The notes under the pieces: generated by a model
The model's database searches: none
The model's input: only the letters and a program-made list of their open reading frames with translations
Told to the model about the DNA's origin: nothing
In this document: positions 50,942 to 61,711 of the stretch, in pieces
How the letters are laid out: each line of letters starts with the position of its first letter
How positions within the stretch are numbered: the first letter of the stretch is position 1
Position numbers and translations under genes: made by a program
Origin: an uncultured Veillonellaceae bacterium
Lineage (GTDB): Bacteria > Bacillota > Negativicutes > JARBTT01
Assembly: GCA_963805085.1 (NCBI GenBank)
Contig: CAWDTA010000002.1
Coordinates: forward strand, 704,001-768,000
Length of the DNA stretch: 64,000 nt
Direction of reading: 5' to 3'

Positions 50942-52033
50942 TTATTTCAAATCATTTTCTTTATAATACCCTGAATCAATGAGTAACGTTTTGTAATTTG
51001 ATTTATCAACAAATTGAGGTTTACATAAATAGGATGGTACAACTTTTTTACCATTATTGTATGTGGTTGTATCATTGACTTCTGGTTCTTGTTTGTTGAC
51101 CATTGCTTCAACCATTTTAACAACTTGATCCGCAAGAGCTCTCGTATCTTTAAATACTGACATAGCTTGTTGCCCCGCAACAATTGCCTTTACATTTGCA
51201 ATATTCGCATCCTGCCCAGTAAGAATTGGCATTGGTTTATCAGCAGAACCATAGCCAGCTGATTTAAGCGCAGACTGTACCCCTAATGAAGTAGAATCAT
51301 TTGAGCATAACACTGCATCAATTTTATTAGCCGTATAATTTGCCGTAATAATATTATCCATACGCTCTTGTGCTTTTGCTTCATCCCAATTTGGCGTTGC
51401 ACATTGTTCACGAGTCGTTTGACCGGATTTAATAACTAACTGTCCTTTGTCAATATATGGTTTTAATACTTCCATAGCACCCCCAAAGAAATATACAACA
51501 TTATTATCATCTAACGGGCCAGTTGCAATTTCAAAGTTATATGGACCTTTGCCTTCTTTTAGCCCCAATTTTTCTTCTATGTATTGTCCCTGAATTTTAC
51601 CAACGCTAAAATTATCAAATGTTGCGTAAGCATTTACAGCATCCGTATTCATGATTAATCGATCATAAGCTATGATTGCACAACCTGCTGTTTTTGCTTC
51701 ATCCAAAACAGACGATAAGGCACTACCATCAATCGCACCTACAACAATAATTTTAGCTCCTTTTGTAATCATATTTTCAATTTGTGCCACTTGTGTTTCT
51801 ACTTTATTTTCCGCGAATTGAAGATCTACTTGATATCCCTTTTCTTTTAGCTTAGCTTCCATATTGGATCCATCTTGATTCCACCGTTGTAACGATTTTG
51901 TTGGCATCGACACACCAACTTTAATAGACTTTTCATTACTTGAAGTAGTAGATTGAGCTCCTCCACAGCCAACCATTATAAGTGTTGCTGCTAGCATGGC
52001 ACCCGCCAAAATTAATGCCAATATCTTTCTCAT
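50942..52033 (-). CDS. chvE: Sugar-binding lipoprotein (ChvE type)
   Basis: Lipobox MVGC; SMPTKSLQRW, YDRLI, ATFDN. Confidence 0.88.
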   Translation of the reverse strand: MRKILALILAGAMLAATLIMVGCGGAQSTTSSNEKSIKVGVSMPTKSLQRWNQDGSNMEAKLKEKGYQVDLQFAENKVETQVAQIENMITKGAKIIVVGAIDGSALSSVLDEAKTAGCAIIAYDRLIMNTDAVNAYATFDNFSVGKIQGQYIEEKLGLKEGKGPYNFEIATGPLDDNNVVYFFGGAMEVLKPYIDKGQLVIKSGQTTREQCATPNWDEAKAQERMDNIITANYTANKIDAVLCSNDSTSLGVQSALKSAGYGSADKPMPILTGQDANIANVKAIVAGQQAMSVFKDTRALADQVVKMVEAMVNKQEPEVNDTTTYNNGKKVVPSYLCKPQFVDKSNYKTLLIDSGYYKENDLK

Positions 52034-52055
52034 TCGCTTATCTCTCCTTTTTTCG

Positions 52056-52110
52056 TGTGCTCAGGCACATTTAATGACTAAAGAATATCACCGAATTTTT
52101 CCCTCGTCAA
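52056..52110 (-). promoter_or_regulatory. Promoter and operator of the ABC/xylB operon
   Basis: TTGACG-N17-TATTCT; operator TGTGCTCAGGCACA at 52056-52069. Confidence 0.7.
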
Positions 52111-52306
52111 TATGTTATTTTCAGTTTTATTAGATTTTTCTAATTATTCAGTTATATATTGCGAAAGCATGCATAAATTATAGTATCCAAGCCATTTCTC
52201 ATATCAGACAAGTCTTTAATATATTTAATTATTATGTATGCAACCTAGATATATAATGATTATTTATTTGTTATTAAATGTCGAACTTTATCATTATAAA
52301 TTTTAT

Positions 52307-52362
52307 TTGACAAGAATAATTAGCAGTGCTATTCTTTAATCATCGTTTTGTGCTCCTGCACA
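52307..52362 (+). promoter_or_regulatory. Promoter and operator of the galM/isomerase operon
   Basis: TTGACA-N17-TATTCT; operator TGTGCTCCTGCACA at 52349-52362. Confidence 0.7.
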
Positions 52363-52408
52363 TTTTATTAAAAAGCAAAAAAAATAAATTTTTATGGAGG
52401 AATGTAAC

Positions 52409-53461
52409 ATGAGTTTAGTCAGTAAGCAAACCTTCGGGACAACCAAAGATGGCTCTCAGATTGAGCTTTACACCCTTACCAACAAAAATAATATGCAAGT
52501 CATAATCTCGACCTTTGGTGGCACTATTGTATCGATGAAAGTTCCCGATAAAGACGGCAAATTTATTGATGTCGTTTTAGGATATGACAAATTAGAAAGC
52601 TATGAATCACAGGACAAATACATCGGTGCTTTAATAGGGCGTCATGGCAATCGCATAAAAAAAGGTCATTTTACCTTAAATGGAAAAGAGTATCAGCTTT
52701 ATTGCAATGATGGCAATAACCATTTACATGGCGGTAAAATTGGCTTTGATAAAAAAGTATGGTCTGCTAAAGAGACCGATCAAGGTCTTGCATTGACTTA
52801 TATTAGTGCCAATGGCGAAGAAGGTTATCCTGGAACATTAACTGTGGAGGTACTCTATTCTTTAACTAGCGACAACACCTTGTATATCAATTACAAAGCG
52901 ATTTGTGATAAAGATACCGTTTGTAACCTCACAAACCATACATATTTTAACCTAGCAGGCTATGATAGCGGCACGATTCTAAATCAAAAAATTCAGATAT
53001 TTTCGAATTATTATACCGATGCTGATAAAGAATCCCTCCCAACGGGAAAAATTGTTTCAGTAGTAGGAACGCCACTTGACCTTCGCCAGCCAACAATCAT
53101 TGGTAATCATATTGATGATTCCTTCGAACAACTACAATTTGCTGGCGGTTACGACCACAATTGGGTCATCAATGACTATGATGGCACACTTAAAAAAGCT
53201 GCTTTTGCTTCTGATGATAGTACTGGCATTACACTCACAACCTCAACAACATTGCCAGGCATTCAATTTTACAGCGGCAATTATCTTGATGGTGCACCTG
53301 AAGGAAAAAATCATTCTCATATTTACAAGAGATGCGGCTTTTGTCTCGAAAGTCAATATTTCCCAAATGCTTTAGAACATCCTAACTTCGAGCAGCCGAT
53401 TATCAAAAAAGATAAGCTTTGGCATGCCTTAACAACCTACCAATTTGGTTTAAATAAATAA
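52409..53461 (+). CDS. galM: Aldose 1-epimerase
   Basis: GRHGNRI, HLHGG, NLTNHTYFNL, GYDHN, FCLESQ. Confidence 0.93.
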   Translation: MSLVSKQTFGTTKDGSQIELYTLTNKNNMQVIISTFGGTIVSMKVPDKDGKFIDVVLGYDKLESYESQDKYIGALIGRHGNRIKKGHFTLNGKEYQLYCNDGNNHLHGGKIGFDKKVWSAKETDQGLALTYISANGEEGYPGTLTVEVLYSLTSDNTLYINYKAICDKDTVCNLTNHTYFNLAGYDSGTILNQKIQIFSNYYTDADKESLPTGKIVSVVGTPLDLRQPTIIGNHIDDSFEQLQFAGGYDHNWVINDYDGTLKKAAFASDDSTGITLTTSTTLPGIQFYSGNYLDGAPEGKNHSHIYKRCGFCLESQYFPNALEHPNFEQPIIKKDKLWHALTTYQFGLNK

Positions 53462-53498
53462 AAATTAAAACTATGATATATAAAAGGAGTGTATAACT

Positions 53499-54989
53499 AT
53501 GACTATGACAAATATTCCACAAGTAAAATTCGGTATCATTTCTGTAAGCCGTGATTGTTTTATCATTACCTTATCAGAAAACAGAAGGAAATCAATTGTT
53601 GAAGCTTATACCAAAGAGCATGGTGATATCTATGAAACACAAACAACCGTAGAAAATGAGCAAGATATGCTGAAAGCCGTCCAAGAAGTTAAAGAGGCCG
53701 GCTGTAACTCGCTGATTGTCTTCCTTGGTAATTTTGGCCCTGAAACACCGGAAACCCTTATTGCTAAAAACTTTGACGGACCGGTTATGTATGTAGCTGC
53801 TGCTGAAGAATCTGGCAAAGACCTCATCAATGGTCGTGGCGATGCGTATTGCGGTGTTTTAAATTGTTCCTATAACCTCGGACTTCGTAAAATCAAAGCG
53901 TTTATTCCTGAATATCCGGTAGGAACAGCTGACGAAATTGCTACGATGATCCATGAATTCGCGCCAGTCGCTCGCACACTCATCGGTCTTTCCAGCCTCA
54001 AAATCATTGCCTTCGGACCTCGTCCGCAAGATTTTTTTGCTTGCAATGCACCGATTAAACCACTATATGATATCGGTGTCGAAATCCAGGAAAATTCAGA
54101 GCTTGATCTGCTTGTTTCCTACCGCGCCCACGCCAATGACCCTAGAATTAAAGACGTAACTGCTTCAATGGCTGAAGAACTTGGCCATGACGGCAATAAC
54201 TATCCTGATCTATTACCACGTATGGCACAATATGAACTTACGCTTCTCGACTGGATCGAAAAAAATAAAGGTGCTAGCAAATACGTTGCCTTGGCAAATA
54301 AATGCTGGCCAGCTTTCCCATCTGAATTTGGCTTTGAACCATGTTATGTCAACAGCCGTCTCGTTTCTCGCGGTATTCCTGTTGCTTGCGAAGTCGATAT
54401 CTATGGAGCGCTTAGTGAATATATTGGTATGTGCGTAAGCGAAGATACTGTAACACTACTTGATATTAACAATTCCGTACCAAAAGATCTTTTTGAAGAA
54501 AATATCAAGGGCAACTTTGACTATGAATTAAAAGATACTTTCATGGGCTTCCATTGCGGTAATACACCACTTTGTAAACTTGCCAAAGGTGCTGTAAAAT
54601 ACCAGTTGATTCAAAATAGATTGCTTGAAAATGGCGGTACTCCTGATATCACTAGAGGCACACTTGAAGGCGATATCGCTGCTGGACAAATTACCTTCTT
54701 CCGTCTTCAAAGCACCGCTGGCGCACAGCTTCGCTCTTATATCGCCCAAGGTGAAGTCCTTCCCGTAGCCACTCGTTCTTTCGGCGGGATTGGCATTTTT
54801 GCAATTCCTGAAATGGGACGCTTCTATCGTCATGTTCTAATCGAAAAACAATATCCGCATCATGGCGCTGTTGCTTTTGGTCATTATGGCAAAGCTTTAT
54901 TTTCAATCTTTCAATATTTAGGTATCAATGACATTGCCTTTAATCAACCAAAAACAATGCTCTACCCAACTGAAAATCCATTTGCATAA
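53499..54989 (+). CDS. L-fucose-isomerase-fold sugar isomerase, probable non-classical xylose isomerase (XylA-II type)
   Basis: VSRDCF, GNFGPE, GRGDAYCG, CEVD, FHCGNT, YPHHGAV; sits with xylB and xynB. Confidence 0.8.
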   Translation: MTMTNIPQVKFGIISVSRDCFIITLSENRRKSIVEAYTKEHGDIYETQTTVENEQDMLKAVQEVKEAGCNSLIVFLGNFGPETPETLIAKNFDGPVMYVAAAEESGKDLINGRGDAYCGVLNCSYNLGLRKIKAFIPEYPVGTADEIATMIHEFAPVARTLIGLSSLKIIAFGPRPQDFFACNAPIKPLYDIGVEIQENSELDLLVSYRAHANDPRIKDVTASMAEELGHDGNNYPDLLPRMAQYELTLLDWIEKNKGASKYVALANKCWPAFPSEFGFEPCYVNSRLVSRGIPVACEVDIYGALSEYIGMCVSEDTVTLLDINNSVPKDLFEENIKGNFDYELKDTFMGFHCGNTPLCKLAKGAVKYQLIQNRLLENGGTPDITRGTLEGDIAAGQITFFRLQSTAGAQLRSYIAQGEVLPVATRSFGGIGIFAIPEMGRFYRHVLIEKQYPHHGAVAFGHYGKALFSIFQYLGINDIAFNQPKTMLYPTENPFA

Positions 54990-55005
54990 TACAAAAATTC
55001 TATAC

Positions 55006-55057
55006 GAGCTTGTTCAACATTCTCATCATGATATGCCTGAACAAGCTCTCTTTTTTA
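55006..55057 (+). terminator. Intrinsic terminator
   Basis: GAGCTTGTTCA...TGAACAAGCTC plus T-run. Confidence 0.7.
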
Positions 55058-55206
55058 AGTGCAGAAAAAAGAAGATATTGTAGCTTAAGTTTACAATATC
55101 AAAGTCAATGAGTTTTTGATCGCGTCGACTAGTGAAAATTTTCAAAATGTTTTATTTAGCTTCCATGGAGTTCTTAATAAAAAATTTTAAGGAGCGAATA
55201 TATATT

Positions 55207-56625
55207 ATGGAATTAAAAGCACAAAGCGAATACAAATTAACTATGCAAGAAAAAATAGGATATTCTATGGGTGATTTAGCCTGTAACTTTATTTATACAA
55301 CAGTTTGTACCTATTTACTTTTTTTCTATACGAATGTCTATGGATTGGGAGCGGAAGTTGTAGCTACGATGTTTTTAGTCGTACGTGTAATGGATGCCAT
55401 TGTTGATCCCATTGTTGGAACTTTTGTCGATAAACATACTTATAAACATGGTAAATTTCGTCCCTATTTATTATATGGAGCAATTCCCTTTGCAATATTA
55501 GGTATCTTATGTTTTTCTACTCCTTTATTTGACGATAGTCTTAAAATTATTTACGCCTACGCCACTTATGTTGGGTTATCCTTGGTTTATACAACAATCA
55601 ATATCCCTTATGGAGCATTAACAGCAGCGATGACTCGTGATAATAAGGAAGTTGTAAGTTTAACATCTATTAGAATGCTTTGTGCTAATTTTGGGGGTTT
55701 ATTAGTTGCTTTTGGTGTACCGGTCCTTGTAACAATGATCTCAGGAAGTTATACCGGTGAAAATTCCCGATATGGCTGGCAAGTGACTATGGGAATTTAT
55801 AGTGTCATTGGCGCCTTGTTGTTATTATATTGTTTTTCGAAAACAAATGAACGTGTAAAACTAGATCCACAGAATGATGAAAATGTAAAATTTGTAGATG
55901 TCATTCATCAATTTCAGGTAAATAGACCCTTGGTGATATTGAGTTTATTTTTTATCATTATTTTTGGTATGTCGGCAGTCATGAATTCCATTGGTGCATA
56001 TTTTATTACCTATAATTGTGCAAGACCGGATTTGGTACAATGGTACGGATTATTAGGCAGTATACCAGCCTTTTTTTTACTGCCGCTGGTTCCTTTTTTT
56101 AATAAACTAATTGGAAAAATCAAATTATTAGTCGTTTCTCTATGTTTAGGCGTTTTTGGCGCATTATTGACATACATTGTTCCAGCAGATAATATTACAG
56201 CAATACTTATAGCTCGCTTTATAGCCTCCTGCGGGACCATTGTTGCTGGCGGCTTCATGTGGGCATTAATTCCTGAAACAATTGAATATGGCGAGTATAA
56301 AACAGGTAAACGATTGAGTGGTATGATTTACGCGATCATAGGCTTTTTCTTTAAATTTGGTTTGGCTCTTGGGGGAATAATTCCGGGATTTATGCTGGCA
56401 AAGTTTGGTTATGTTGCAAATCAGGTACAAACGCCAGAAGCCTTAGAAGGCATTTTATTAACGACCACAATTATTCCTATCGTTTTCCTCATTATTGCTA
56501 TCATCGATATCGCTTTTTATAATTTAGATGATAAAAAATATAAGGAAATTATTGAGGTACTTGAAAGTCGCAAACTCAGTGAAGCTGTCCATATAACTGA
56601 AACAAAAAATAGTGTGACTTTATAA
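55207..56625 (+). CDS. GPH-family glycoside:cation symporter (xyloside permease)
   Basis: EKIGYSMGD, DAIVDP, GKFRPY, NIPYGAL; upstream of GH43. Confidence 0.88.
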   Translation: MELKAQSEYKLTMQEKIGYSMGDLACNFIYTTVCTYLLFFYTNVYGLGAEVVATMFLVVRVMDAIVDPIVGTFVDKHTYKHGKFRPYLLYGAIPFAILGILCFSTPLFDDSLKIIYAYATYVGLSLVYTTINIPYGALTAAMTRDNKEVVSLTSIRMLCANFGGLLVAFGVPVLVTMISGSYTGENSRYGWQVTMGIYSVIGALLLLYCFSKTNERVKLDPQNDENVKFVDVIHQFQVNRPLVILSLFFIIIFGMSAVMNSIGAYFITYNCARPDLVQWYGLLGSIPAFFLLPLVPFFNKLIGKIKLLVVSLCLGVFGALLTYIVPADNITAILIARFIASCGTIVAGGFMWALIPETIEYGEYKTGKRLSGMIYAIIGFFFKFGLALGGIIPGFMLAKFGYVANQVQTPEALEGILLTTTIIPIVFLIIAIIDIAFYNLDDKKYKEIIEVLESRKLSEAVHITETKNSVTL

Positions 56626-56653
56626 AAAAATATCATTAGGAGGCCTTTTTATT

Positions 56654-58282
56654 ATGTTAATTCAAAATCCTATATTAAAAGGTTTTAATCCAGATCCGAG
56701 CATTTGTCGTGTTGGTGATGATTATTATATAGCAACCTCAACATTTGAGTGGTTCCCAGGAGTTCAAATACATCATTCTAAAGATCTTGTAAATTGGCAT
56801 TTAATAACACATCCATTAAATGAACTTTTATACTTAGATATGAAGGGTAATCCAGATTCAGGCGGGATATGGGCACCAGATCTTAGTTATGCTGATCATA
56901 AGTTTTGGCTAATTTATACTGATGTTAAAGTTGTAGATGGAATTTGGAAAGATTGTCATAATTATCTTACAACTTGTGATACGATTGATGGTAAATGGAG
57001 TAACCCAATCCTATTAAATGGTTCAGGTTTTGATGCATCATTGTTTCATGATACCGATGGGAAAAAATATCTGATCAATATGTATTGGGATCAAAGAGTG
57101 TATCATCATAATTTCTATGGAATAGCATTACAAGAATATTCACCTAAAGACAAAAAGCTTATAGGAAAATCGCAGATTATTTATAAGGGAACGGATATCA
57201 AATATACAGAAGGACCACATCTATATCGTATTGATGATATGTATTATTTATTTACGGCTGAAGGAGGGACAACATACCAACATTCAGAAACGGTGGCACG
57301 ATCTAAATTTATCAATGGAGAATATGAAATTCAGCCATCCTATCCGCTCTTGACTGCTTGGAATACACCATATAATCGTTTACAAAAATGCGGGCACGCC
57401 TCTCTTGTTAAAACACAAAATGGCGAGTGGTATTTAGCACACTTAGTAGGAAGACCTTTGCCAACTGGCAATAACCCAATCCTCGAACGAGAGCAACATT
57501 GTTATTGTCCATTAGGTAGAGAAACAGCTTTGCAAAAAATTGAATGGATAGATGGATGGCCTAGTATCGTTGGAGGAAAACAAGGATCAATTACGGTGCA
57601 AGCACCAAATCTTCCAGAGAAAAAATGGGAGCCAACCTATCCGATAAAAGATGATTTTGACACTAATACACTTAATATTAACTTTCAATCTCTCCGCATC
57701 CCTCTAACAGAAGATATTGCCTCTCTGAAAGCCAGAAAAGGTTATTTACGACTTTATGGAAAAGAATCATTACTTTCAACATTTACGCAAGCATTTGTTG
57801 CTAGACGATGGCAAGCATTTTCCTTTGATGCTGCAACTAGCGTAGAATTTTCTCCAGAATCTTTTCAGCAAATGGCGGGATTAACCTGCTATTATAATAC
57901 AAAAAATTGGTCTAGTATCCATCTTACATGGAAAGAAAATATCGGGCGCGTTTTAGATATTGTTGCAGCAGATAATTTTGTATTTTCTATGCCTTTAGAA
58001 GATCAAGAGATTTCCGTCCCCGATGATGTGGTAACAGTTCATTTAAAAGTGGAAGTTCGCGTTGATAAGTACCAATATTTATACTCTTTTGATGGAAATA
58101 CCTATCATAAAATTCCTGTGATATTTAAATCATATCAATTATCAGATGATTATGTCAGCGGTGGGGGATTCTTCACAGGGGCATTCGTTGGCATGAATTG
58201 TATTGATATCAGTGGGACAAATAAACCGGCAGATTTTGATTACTTCTATTATAAAGAAATAGATGAAAACGAAAAAGTTTAA
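56654..58282 (+). CDS. xynB: GH43 beta-xylosidase
   Basis: GFNPDPSI, STFEWFPG, WAPD, GFDASLF, TEGPH, FFTGAFVG. Confidence 0.93.
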   Translation: MLIQNPILKGFNPDPSICRVGDDYYIATSTFEWFPGVQIHHSKDLVNWHLITHPLNELLYLDMKGNPDSGGIWAPDLSYADHKFWLIYTDVKVVDGIWKDCHNYLTTCDTIDGKWSNPILLNGSGFDASLFHDTDGKKYLINMYWDQRVYHHNFYGIALQEYSPKDKKLIGKSQIIYKGTDIKYTEGPHLYRIDDMYYLFTAEGGTTYQHSETVARSKFINGEYEIQPSYPLLTAWNTPYNRLQKCGHASLVKTQNGEWYLAHLVGRPLPTGNNPILEREQHCYCPLGRETALQKIEWIDGWPSIVGGKQGSITVQAPNLPEKKWEPTYPIKDDFDTNTLNINFQSLRIPLTEDIASLKARKGYLRLYGKESLLSTFTQAFVARRWQAFSFDAATSVEFSPESFQQMAGLTCYYNTKNWSSIHLTWKENIGRVLDIVAADNFVFSMPLEDQEISVPDDVVTVHLKVEVRVDKYQYLYSFDGNTYHKIPVIFKSYQLSDDYVSGGGFFTGAFVGMNCIDISGTNKPADFDYFYYKEIDENEKV

Positions 58283-58322
58283 ACTATTAAATTGCGCCTA
58301 TGCCGGGCCAACGAAATAAAAT

Positions 58323-58382
58323 AAAATGTACCCTATAAAGAACACACTTTTTGTGTCTTCTTTATAGGGTACATTCTATTTT
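58323..58382 (+). terminator. Intrinsic terminator
   Basis: AATGTACCCTATAAAGAA...TTCTTTATAGGGTACATT. Confidence 0.75.
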
Positions 58383-58731
58383 ACAGCAATCACTATTAGC
58401 TAAGTAAAAAAGCCTCACTCCCCAGCAAACGAATTGCAAATATTTTTGGAGAAGCTGTAGCTATATGTATGATATATTTAAAATATTAAAATAACCGATT
58501 GCTCTTTTGGAAAAGCTACTTAAAGGGTAAGTTGGATTGAAAAATGAACATAACTACAAGAGCTTGTTTATAAAATCAATATCAAGTACAATGGATATAT
58601 TAGTTGTGAGCGGATAGTCTACTCTTTAAACACTTAGATGAGATTGACCACCTTTTGATAAATTGGTTAATTTATGGAACATATTATTACGGAGTATTGA
58701 TACACAAACTCAAATAATGGAGGTATTTTTA

Positions 58732-60405
58732 TTGGAAAAACAAAATAAGCTCGCCATTATTCCACTTGGTGGACTTGGTGAAATAGGTAAGAATATGACA
58801 GTTATTCGCTACGGGGATGACATCGTCGTACTTGACTGTGGTTTAGCATTCCCCGAAGATGACATGTTAGGTATTGACTTAGTGATACCGGACATAACCT
58901 ATCTTCTTGAAAACAAGGATAAGATACAGGCAGTCGTTATCACGCATGGTCACGAGGATCATATTGGATCATTATCCTATTTCTTAAAACAGATTAATGT
59001 TCCAGTATATGGTACCAGATTGTCGCTTGGAATAGCCGAATGTCGACTAAAAGAAAACAGTTTAGAAAATTATACATTAACTCCAATAAAGCCAGGAGAT
59101 GAACTGTCTTTCGGCAGTATTCAAGTAGGATTCATTCAAGGAAATCATTCTATTCCTGATTCTGTAGGAATATATTTTCGAACACCTGTAGGTATCATTG
59201 TCCATACTGGTGACTTTAAAGTTGATTTTACGCCAGTGGATGGCAAAGTAATAGATCTTCATAAATTTGCTGAACTAGGAAGTGAAGGTGTACTCGTCTT
59301 AATGTCAGACAGTACCAATGCTCCACGCCCCGGCGTTACTAAATCAGAACGTACGGTCGGCACGGCTCTAGACGAGGCCTTTAGCGGTGCGAAGGGTAGA
59401 ATCCTTTTGGCAACCTTTGCATCAAACGTCTTGCGCGTTCAACAGGCAATTAACTCTGCTTGTAAATATGGTCGAAAAGTTGCTATTATCGGACGTAGTA
59501 TGATAAATGTTATGAATATTGCCAGAGAACTTGAATACTTATTTGTTCCCGAAGGAGCATTAATTGACATTGATGAGATTAAAAACTATCCAGACAACCA
59601 GCTATTAATTTTGACAACTGGCAGTCAGGGGGAGCCTATGTCAGCCTTGACGCGGATGGCAATGAGCGAGCACCGGAAAGTTGATATTTGTCCAAGTGAT
59701 ACAATTATCATTTCTGCTACGCCAATACCTGGCAACGAAAAGTTAGTATCAAAAACAATTGATGCATTGTTACGTTTGGGTGCAAATGTTATCCATGAAC
59801 GTTCGGCAGGTATTCATGTTTCTGGTCACGCTAGCCAAGAAGAACTAAAATTAATGTTAACTTTAGTTCGACCTCAATATTTAATACCAGTACATGGAGA
59901 ACATCGAATGCTGGTCACTCATAGTAAACTTGCACAAGAACTAGGATTGCCGAAGGAGAATATTTTTGTTGGTGCAAATGGGCAGGTTTTTGAATTTTCG
60001 CAAGAGGCTGGTGAAGTAACCGGAAAGCTAGCTGGGAAAGTAACCGCAGGTAAAATTTTTGTCGATGGCTTGGGTGTTGGTGATGTCGGAAACATCGTTC
60101 TTCGCGACCGTCAACTGCTATCTAAGGATGGACTTATTATTGTGGTCGTCACCATGGATAAAGGATCAGGTCGTGTTGTAGCTGGACCAGATTTAGTTTC
60201 ACGTGGCTTTGTCTATGTACGTGAGGCTGGAGATTTAATGGACGAGGTCAAGCAAATTGTTATTCTTGCTCTTGATAAATGTGAGGCTAATCACATTACT
60301 GAGTGGGCTGCTATTAAATCTGATATTCGTAATGCGCTAGGTAGATTTATTTATGAAAAAACACATAGACGTCCAATCATACTCCCAATTATTATGGAAG
60401 TATAA
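58732..60405 (+). CDS. rnj: Ribonuclease J
   Basis: PLGGLGEIGKN, THGHEDHIG, HTGDFK, HVSGH, PVHGE; RBS GGAGG before TTG 58732. Confidence 0.95.
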   Translation: MEKQNKLAIIPLGGLGEIGKNMTVIRYGDDIVVLDCGLAFPEDDMLGIDLVIPDITYLLENKDKIQAVVITHGHEDHIGSLSYFLKQINVPVYGTRLSLGIAECRLKENSLENYTLTPIKPGDELSFGSIQVGFIQGNHSIPDSVGIYFRTPVGIIVHTGDFKVDFTPVDGKVIDLHKFAELGSEGVLVLMSDSTNAPRPGVTKSERTVGTALDEAFSGAKGRILLATFASNVLRVQQAINSACKYGRKVAIIGRSMINVMNIARELEYLFVPEGALIDIDEIKNYPDNQLLILTTGSQGEPMSALTRMAMSEHRKVDICPSDTIIISATPIPGNEKLVSKTIDALLRLGANVIHERSAGIHVSGHASQEELKLMLTLVRPQYLIPVHGEHRMLVTHSKLAQELGLPKENIFVGANGQVFEFSQEAGEVTGKLAGKVTAGKIFVDGLGVGDVGNIVLRDRQLLSKDGLIIVVVTMDKGSGRVVAGPDLVSRGFVYVREAGDLMDEVKQIVILALDKCEANHITEWAAIKSDIRNALGRFIYEKTHRRPIILPIIMEV

Positions 60406-60743
60406 CTAAAAAAACTTTAGCAAGTAAATAGACTATAGATAAATGTATATGGAGACTTATGGAGGAGCCTGTCCCCGACGGGCTTCTTTTATTTCCGCTG
60501 TGAAATGTTGCATTTCCTTTAATGCTATTGTCTATTATGATTTCTAGCCTATATATCTATTTAAAATATCTTCTCTAATTTTGGTATAATATACTTTTAA
60601 AATATGTAATCAAACCCACTGCATAATGAAAGAAAGTTTGAATAGAATTTGCTAAAAAACAATTTCTGTCCAAACTTTCTTTTAATTTTACAATCTATAT
60701 TATTCCGAAGCATAATAAGCGTTAAATTTTTATTGCTAATTTT

Positions 60744-60929
60744 TTATTCAAAGCGTTCTTTTAAATTTTTATAATAATTTTTTATACTCTTATCGCCTTC
60801 ATTGTCAAGGAATAAGCAGTAGGGTAAACTATCTGTAGTTTTGTGTTTTATTACACAAGCGCAACACTTGCCATTGTTTGGACAGGCCTTTTTCGGGCAA
60901 GCACATTCCTTTACATTTGCACAACTCAT
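60744..60929 (-). CDS. Small Cys-rich protein (DUF6485-like)
   Basis: CACPKKACPNNGKCCACVIKH...LPYC; RBS GGAGG. Confidence 0.7.
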   Translation of the reverse strand: MSCANVKECACPKKACPNNGKCCACVIKHKTTDSLPYCLFLDNEGDKSIKNYYKNLKERFE

Positions 60930-60963
60930 CTTTCTACCTCCACTATTTTACAAATTGCCTTTT

Positions 60964-61711
60964 TTATAATAATATACCGCTTAAAATATTAAATGTATAG
61001 CCACTAATGATGATCCCAATCGCAACAATCCAGACAAATATACCAAGTTGTTTTGGTTTCAATACATTGCTCAGCATGATCATAGATGGTAAGGACAGTG
61101 CTGTAATTGCCATCATCAATGCTAAGATTGTACCAGCTGGCACGCCTGCCAGATAAAGGGCTTCGGCTATCGGCAAAGCACCGAAGATATCTGCGTAAAT
61201 TGGGATCCCAACAGCGGTCGCAATCAATACCCCAAATGGATTATCGGGACCAAGGACTACTAGGATGGCTTCTTGCGGCACCCAATTATGAATAAAGACA
61301 CCGACGGCAACACCAATGAGTAGTCATGCTCTGGTGAAGCAAAAAAAAATCGGCATACTGGAACAAGAACAAAATGGTGTAACTGTCCCCAGCAATGCTG
61401 CTATGATATTACCACCAATTCCATCAAACTTTGCCAGAATCTTCTTCGTCACTTCTGGTGATAAGATCTGCTCGAAGGCAGCTGGTCTAATCTTATAAAA
61501 ATTCCATTTACCTGTAGGAACTACATCGATCAGTTCCGCCTCTAATAACATTTTCAGATGATAGGATAACTTACTTTGCAGCGTACAAATATGTTTTGTG
61601 AGTTCACAATCACACACTATCCATTTCATTGATTGTTCTTAGCAATCGAATCCTTAATGGATCTGACAAGGCTTTAAAAATCAATAATTCTTTCACTACA
61701 TCATTCATCAT
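60964..61711 (-). pseudogene. Decayed ArsR regulator fused to ArsP/DUF318 permease remnant
   Basis: FKALSDPLRIRLL, frameshift, LSYHLKML, then direct junction into SPEVTKKIL...TPFCSCSS and GIPIYAD...LSLPS. Confidence 0.75.

Noticed and set aside
58603-58616. TTGTGAGCGGATA, identical to part of the E. coli lac operator
   Set aside because: Second half of lacO is absent and there is no vector context; likely chance or an unrelated site
58732-60405. rnj as an accessory or defence nuclease
   Set aside because: Canonical RNase J with all motifs; paralogue status cannot be judged from this window
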